This document shows, one piece after another, positions 61,123 to 64,000 of a DNA stretch of 64,000 nucleotides. Origin of the DNA: Octopus vulgaris. Taxonomy: Eukaryota. The notes beneath the pieces were generated by a model. The model was given only the letters and a program-made list of their open reading frames with translations, had not been told where the DNA came from and did not search any database. The translations under genes and the position numbers were made by a program. Where the stretch lies: NCBI GenBank assembly GCA_951406725.2, contig OX597814.1:3162001-3226000 (forward strand), in the 5' to 3' direction. How positions within the stretch are numbered: the stretch's first letter is position 1; the number at the start of each line of letters is the position of its first letter.

Positions 61123-61315
61123 TGTATATTTATGTATGTCTTTGTGTGTTTGTGATTGTCCCCCACCATCGCTTGACAAACGATGTTGGTGTGTGTTTAC
61201 GTCCCCGTCACTTGCCGGTTCGGCAAAAGAGACCGATAGAATAAGTACCGGACTTACAAAGAATAAGTCCCGGGAGGAGGGGTTCGATTTTTTCGATTAA
61301 AAGGCGGTGCTCCAG
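60918..61315 (+). mobile_element. SINE family B (intronic, antisense to GATA)
   Basis: Family B head and body, truncated at ggcggtgctccag. Confidence 0.87.
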
Positions 61316-61344
61316 TAAGCAACCACAAAATAGAGGCTCCCTCA

Positions 61345-61668
<324 letters not shown>

Positions 61669-62417
61669 TTAATAGCAACGATACATACAAATATATATAT
61701 TCATAGATATAAATATAAAACATAAAAAGTTCTGAGAGATGAATGTTATTTATTTAAGCATTTGACATCCTTAAGGTTACAGCTGTTTCACAGCCTTCTC
61801 CATGTAGTAATAATTTCAGTGGGGAACGAATTATGCTTACACGTTTATATTAATACATATGCTCGGCATTCTACGGTGTATATTCACAAATTAATTCAAA
61901 TAAAGCTAGCTCACTAGATCACTAGAACATCAGGGTTAGACGAGTCTCTGAATCCATAACCTATACTACAAATATACATACAGAAGCTTAATGCTTTTCG
62001 CTTACGTCCCTGGCACTTTGGTATTAAAGGGGTGTGAAATTGTAATGACTTTCCAGAAACCGGCCGATGAGGAAACTTCCCGCGAATGGTCCGTGTATCT
62101 TGTTTCTGTCCTGTTTGCTCATTGTGATGCCATTGCCTATGTTATCGCTTGTGTTATCGTCTATTTCTCCGCATGTTGTGTTTTGTTCGATTCAGCTTGT
62201 TATGTTCTTTTCGTCCGACCTTTGATTTGTAATCAACAACTTCCGTTATATACAATAGCCATAACACGTGCTTGATAACGTCGAGAACTGAAAGTGCTTG
62301 CACATTTATTAAAGCCTAAACACAATTTGAGGAATTCCTTCTTAAAGATTAGTACCATTCTACTCTCTAAAAAGTTTTTTTTCTCAATCTCAACTTTTTG
62401 AAAAAATCTTTCTCTAA

Positions 62418-62459
<42 letters not shown>

Positions 62460-62462
<3 letters not shown>

Positions 62463-62649
62463 GGTCCCGGGTTGATTCGGGGTTAACCACAGTAAATAAG
62501 GTACTCAATACATAGCAGAGTAAAATTAATTTATTATATAGAAGGAGCTTCTACAGGACTAGAACTGTTTCATTCAAGAGAAATCTTCAGAAGATTTCTC
62601 TTGAATGAAACAGTTCTAGTCCTGTAGAAGCTCCTTCTATATAATAAAT
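62460..62649 (-). mobile_element. Penelope-like terminal-repeat remnant with inverted partial duplication
   Basis: Minus strand reads CTGAAGA..GAAACAG hammerhead-like core, then AATAAA and a (TA)n tail. 62529-62588 and 62590-62649 form a perfect inverted repeat. Confidence 0.6.
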
Positions 62650-62817
62650 ATATATATATATATATATATGGGGGGTAAATATAATATGTGACAATTATAC
62701 GGTAGCCATGAATAATTGTCAAATACAATGTTTACAGATAAATTCCTCTATTTACATAATATCGAGGTCTCTTTCAATACTGCAAGGCGTTTTTGTGCTC
62801 TTGCACCACTTATTCCA

Positions 62818-62850
<33 letters not shown>

Positions 62851-62866
62851 TCTCTCTCTCTCCCTC

Positions 62867-62903
<37 letters not shown>

Positions 62904-62911
62904 GCATTCTC

Positions 62912-62955
<44 letters not shown>

Positions 62956-63127
62956 TGGAGCAAGACCACACATGAAAACGAAAAATGTCGATGAAGGGAT
63001 CACAGATGCGTGACGAAAGATTTCCGGACAATGGACATGAGTTAAAATAAGAAGAGTAATAAACGAGTGACGAACGAATATACAGTGCGTGTGCTTATTT
63101 GACAAAAAAAAATGACCCTCCCGAAAT

Positions 63128-63165
<38 letters not shown>

Positions 63166-63264
63166 TGGTAAATCGCTGCTGTTTTAAGTATGTCGAACAA
63201 CCGTGTGCAAAGTCCACATAACATTGGGAGCAAGTTTCAGTAATGATGTTGATTGTGATGGCGA

Positions 63265-63630
63265 TAGTGGTGGTGGTGATGGTGGTTTTGGTGGTGGTGG
63301 TGGTGGTGGTGGTGGTGGTGGTGGTGGTGGTGGTGGTAGTGGTGGTGGTGGTGGTGGTGGTGGTGGTGATGATGGTGGTGGTGATGATGGTGGTGGTGGT
63401 GGTGGTGGTGGTGGTGGTAGTGGTGATGATGGTTTTGGTGGTGGTGGTGGTGGTGGTGGTGGTGGTGGTGGTGGTGGTGGTGTGGTGGTGGTGGTGGTGG
63501 TGGGTGGTGGTGGTGGTGGTGGTGGTAGTGGTGGTGGTGGTAGTGGTGGTGGTGGTGGTGGTGGTGGTGGTGGTGGTGGTGGTAGTGGTGGTGGTGGTGG
63601 TGGTGGTGGTGGTGGTGGTGGTGGTGGTCA
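63265..63630. repeat. (GGT)n microsatellite
   Basis: Directly visible. Confidence 0.95.
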
Positions 63631-64000
63631 TCGTTGTCGTCATCATGGCTGGTGATAGTCTTCATCGGAGACTTGGCTTAATGATCGCGTAGAATTTGTG
63701 GCGTCTTTCCCAAAAGCTCCAGAAAACCAATACGGGTGTCAGCAACGCTGTCAGATATAGCAGTCGGGGTGGCGGTGGTGGTGGTGGAAGAGGAGAAGAT
63801 TGTGGGTGGGATGGGGTTGGAGAGGCTCCATAGAAGGCTCGAAACACGAAAGGTGGGTGGTATATTTTACTCTAACCAATGTGGTCTTCACTTCTCAGCT
63901 TTTTATCAAACGGGACTCTTGTGGGTAAATACATCCATGGCACATATCAATTGAAGGGGTCGGGGCAGGGGGCTTAGAGGAGAGGCAGGAGTGAACTAAG

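Noticed and set aside
62986-63030. Possible hammerhead TGTC-GATGA...GTGAC-GAAA-GATTTC-CGGACA
   Set aside because: The core lacks the CUGA register and stem II is irregular; not supportable.
63655-63700. IIKPSLR*RL on the minus strand resembling LIKPKRRL at the end of the N-terminal GATA finger exon
   Set aside because: There is no upstream CNACGLY finger sequence, an in-frame stop and no donor site; it is judged coincidental. The first-finger exon probably lies outside the window.

Overview
AT-rich, microsatellite-saturated eukaryotic DNA whose repeat families and (TA)n/(TACA)n/(GATA)n/(AAT)n density look like an octopus (coleoid cephalopod) genome; the species call is inference. The only supported protein-coding gene is the 3' end of a GATA1/2/3-class transcription factor on the minus strand: a C-terminal zinc-finger exon (61486-61611) and the last coding exon (49721-50176), separated by an 11.3 kb intron. 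The upstream exons are not seen and probably lie beyond position 64000. The rest is tRNA-derived SINEs of at least four families, short LINE remnants (R4/Dong-like, CR1/L2-like, RTE-like), a non-autonomous Helitron and simple repeats. Almost all ORFs in the track are microsatellite artefacts. The most notable signal is a set of hammerhead-ribozyme-bearing, Penelope/retrozyme-like short elements. They include a fully canonical type I hammerhead lying sense to the GATA pre-mRNA in its last intron (54199-54243), a hammerhead-like motif with an apparently compensatory G3-C8 core swap (3489-3540), and a perfect 60-bp-arm fold-back centred on a hammerhead-like core (62529-62649).
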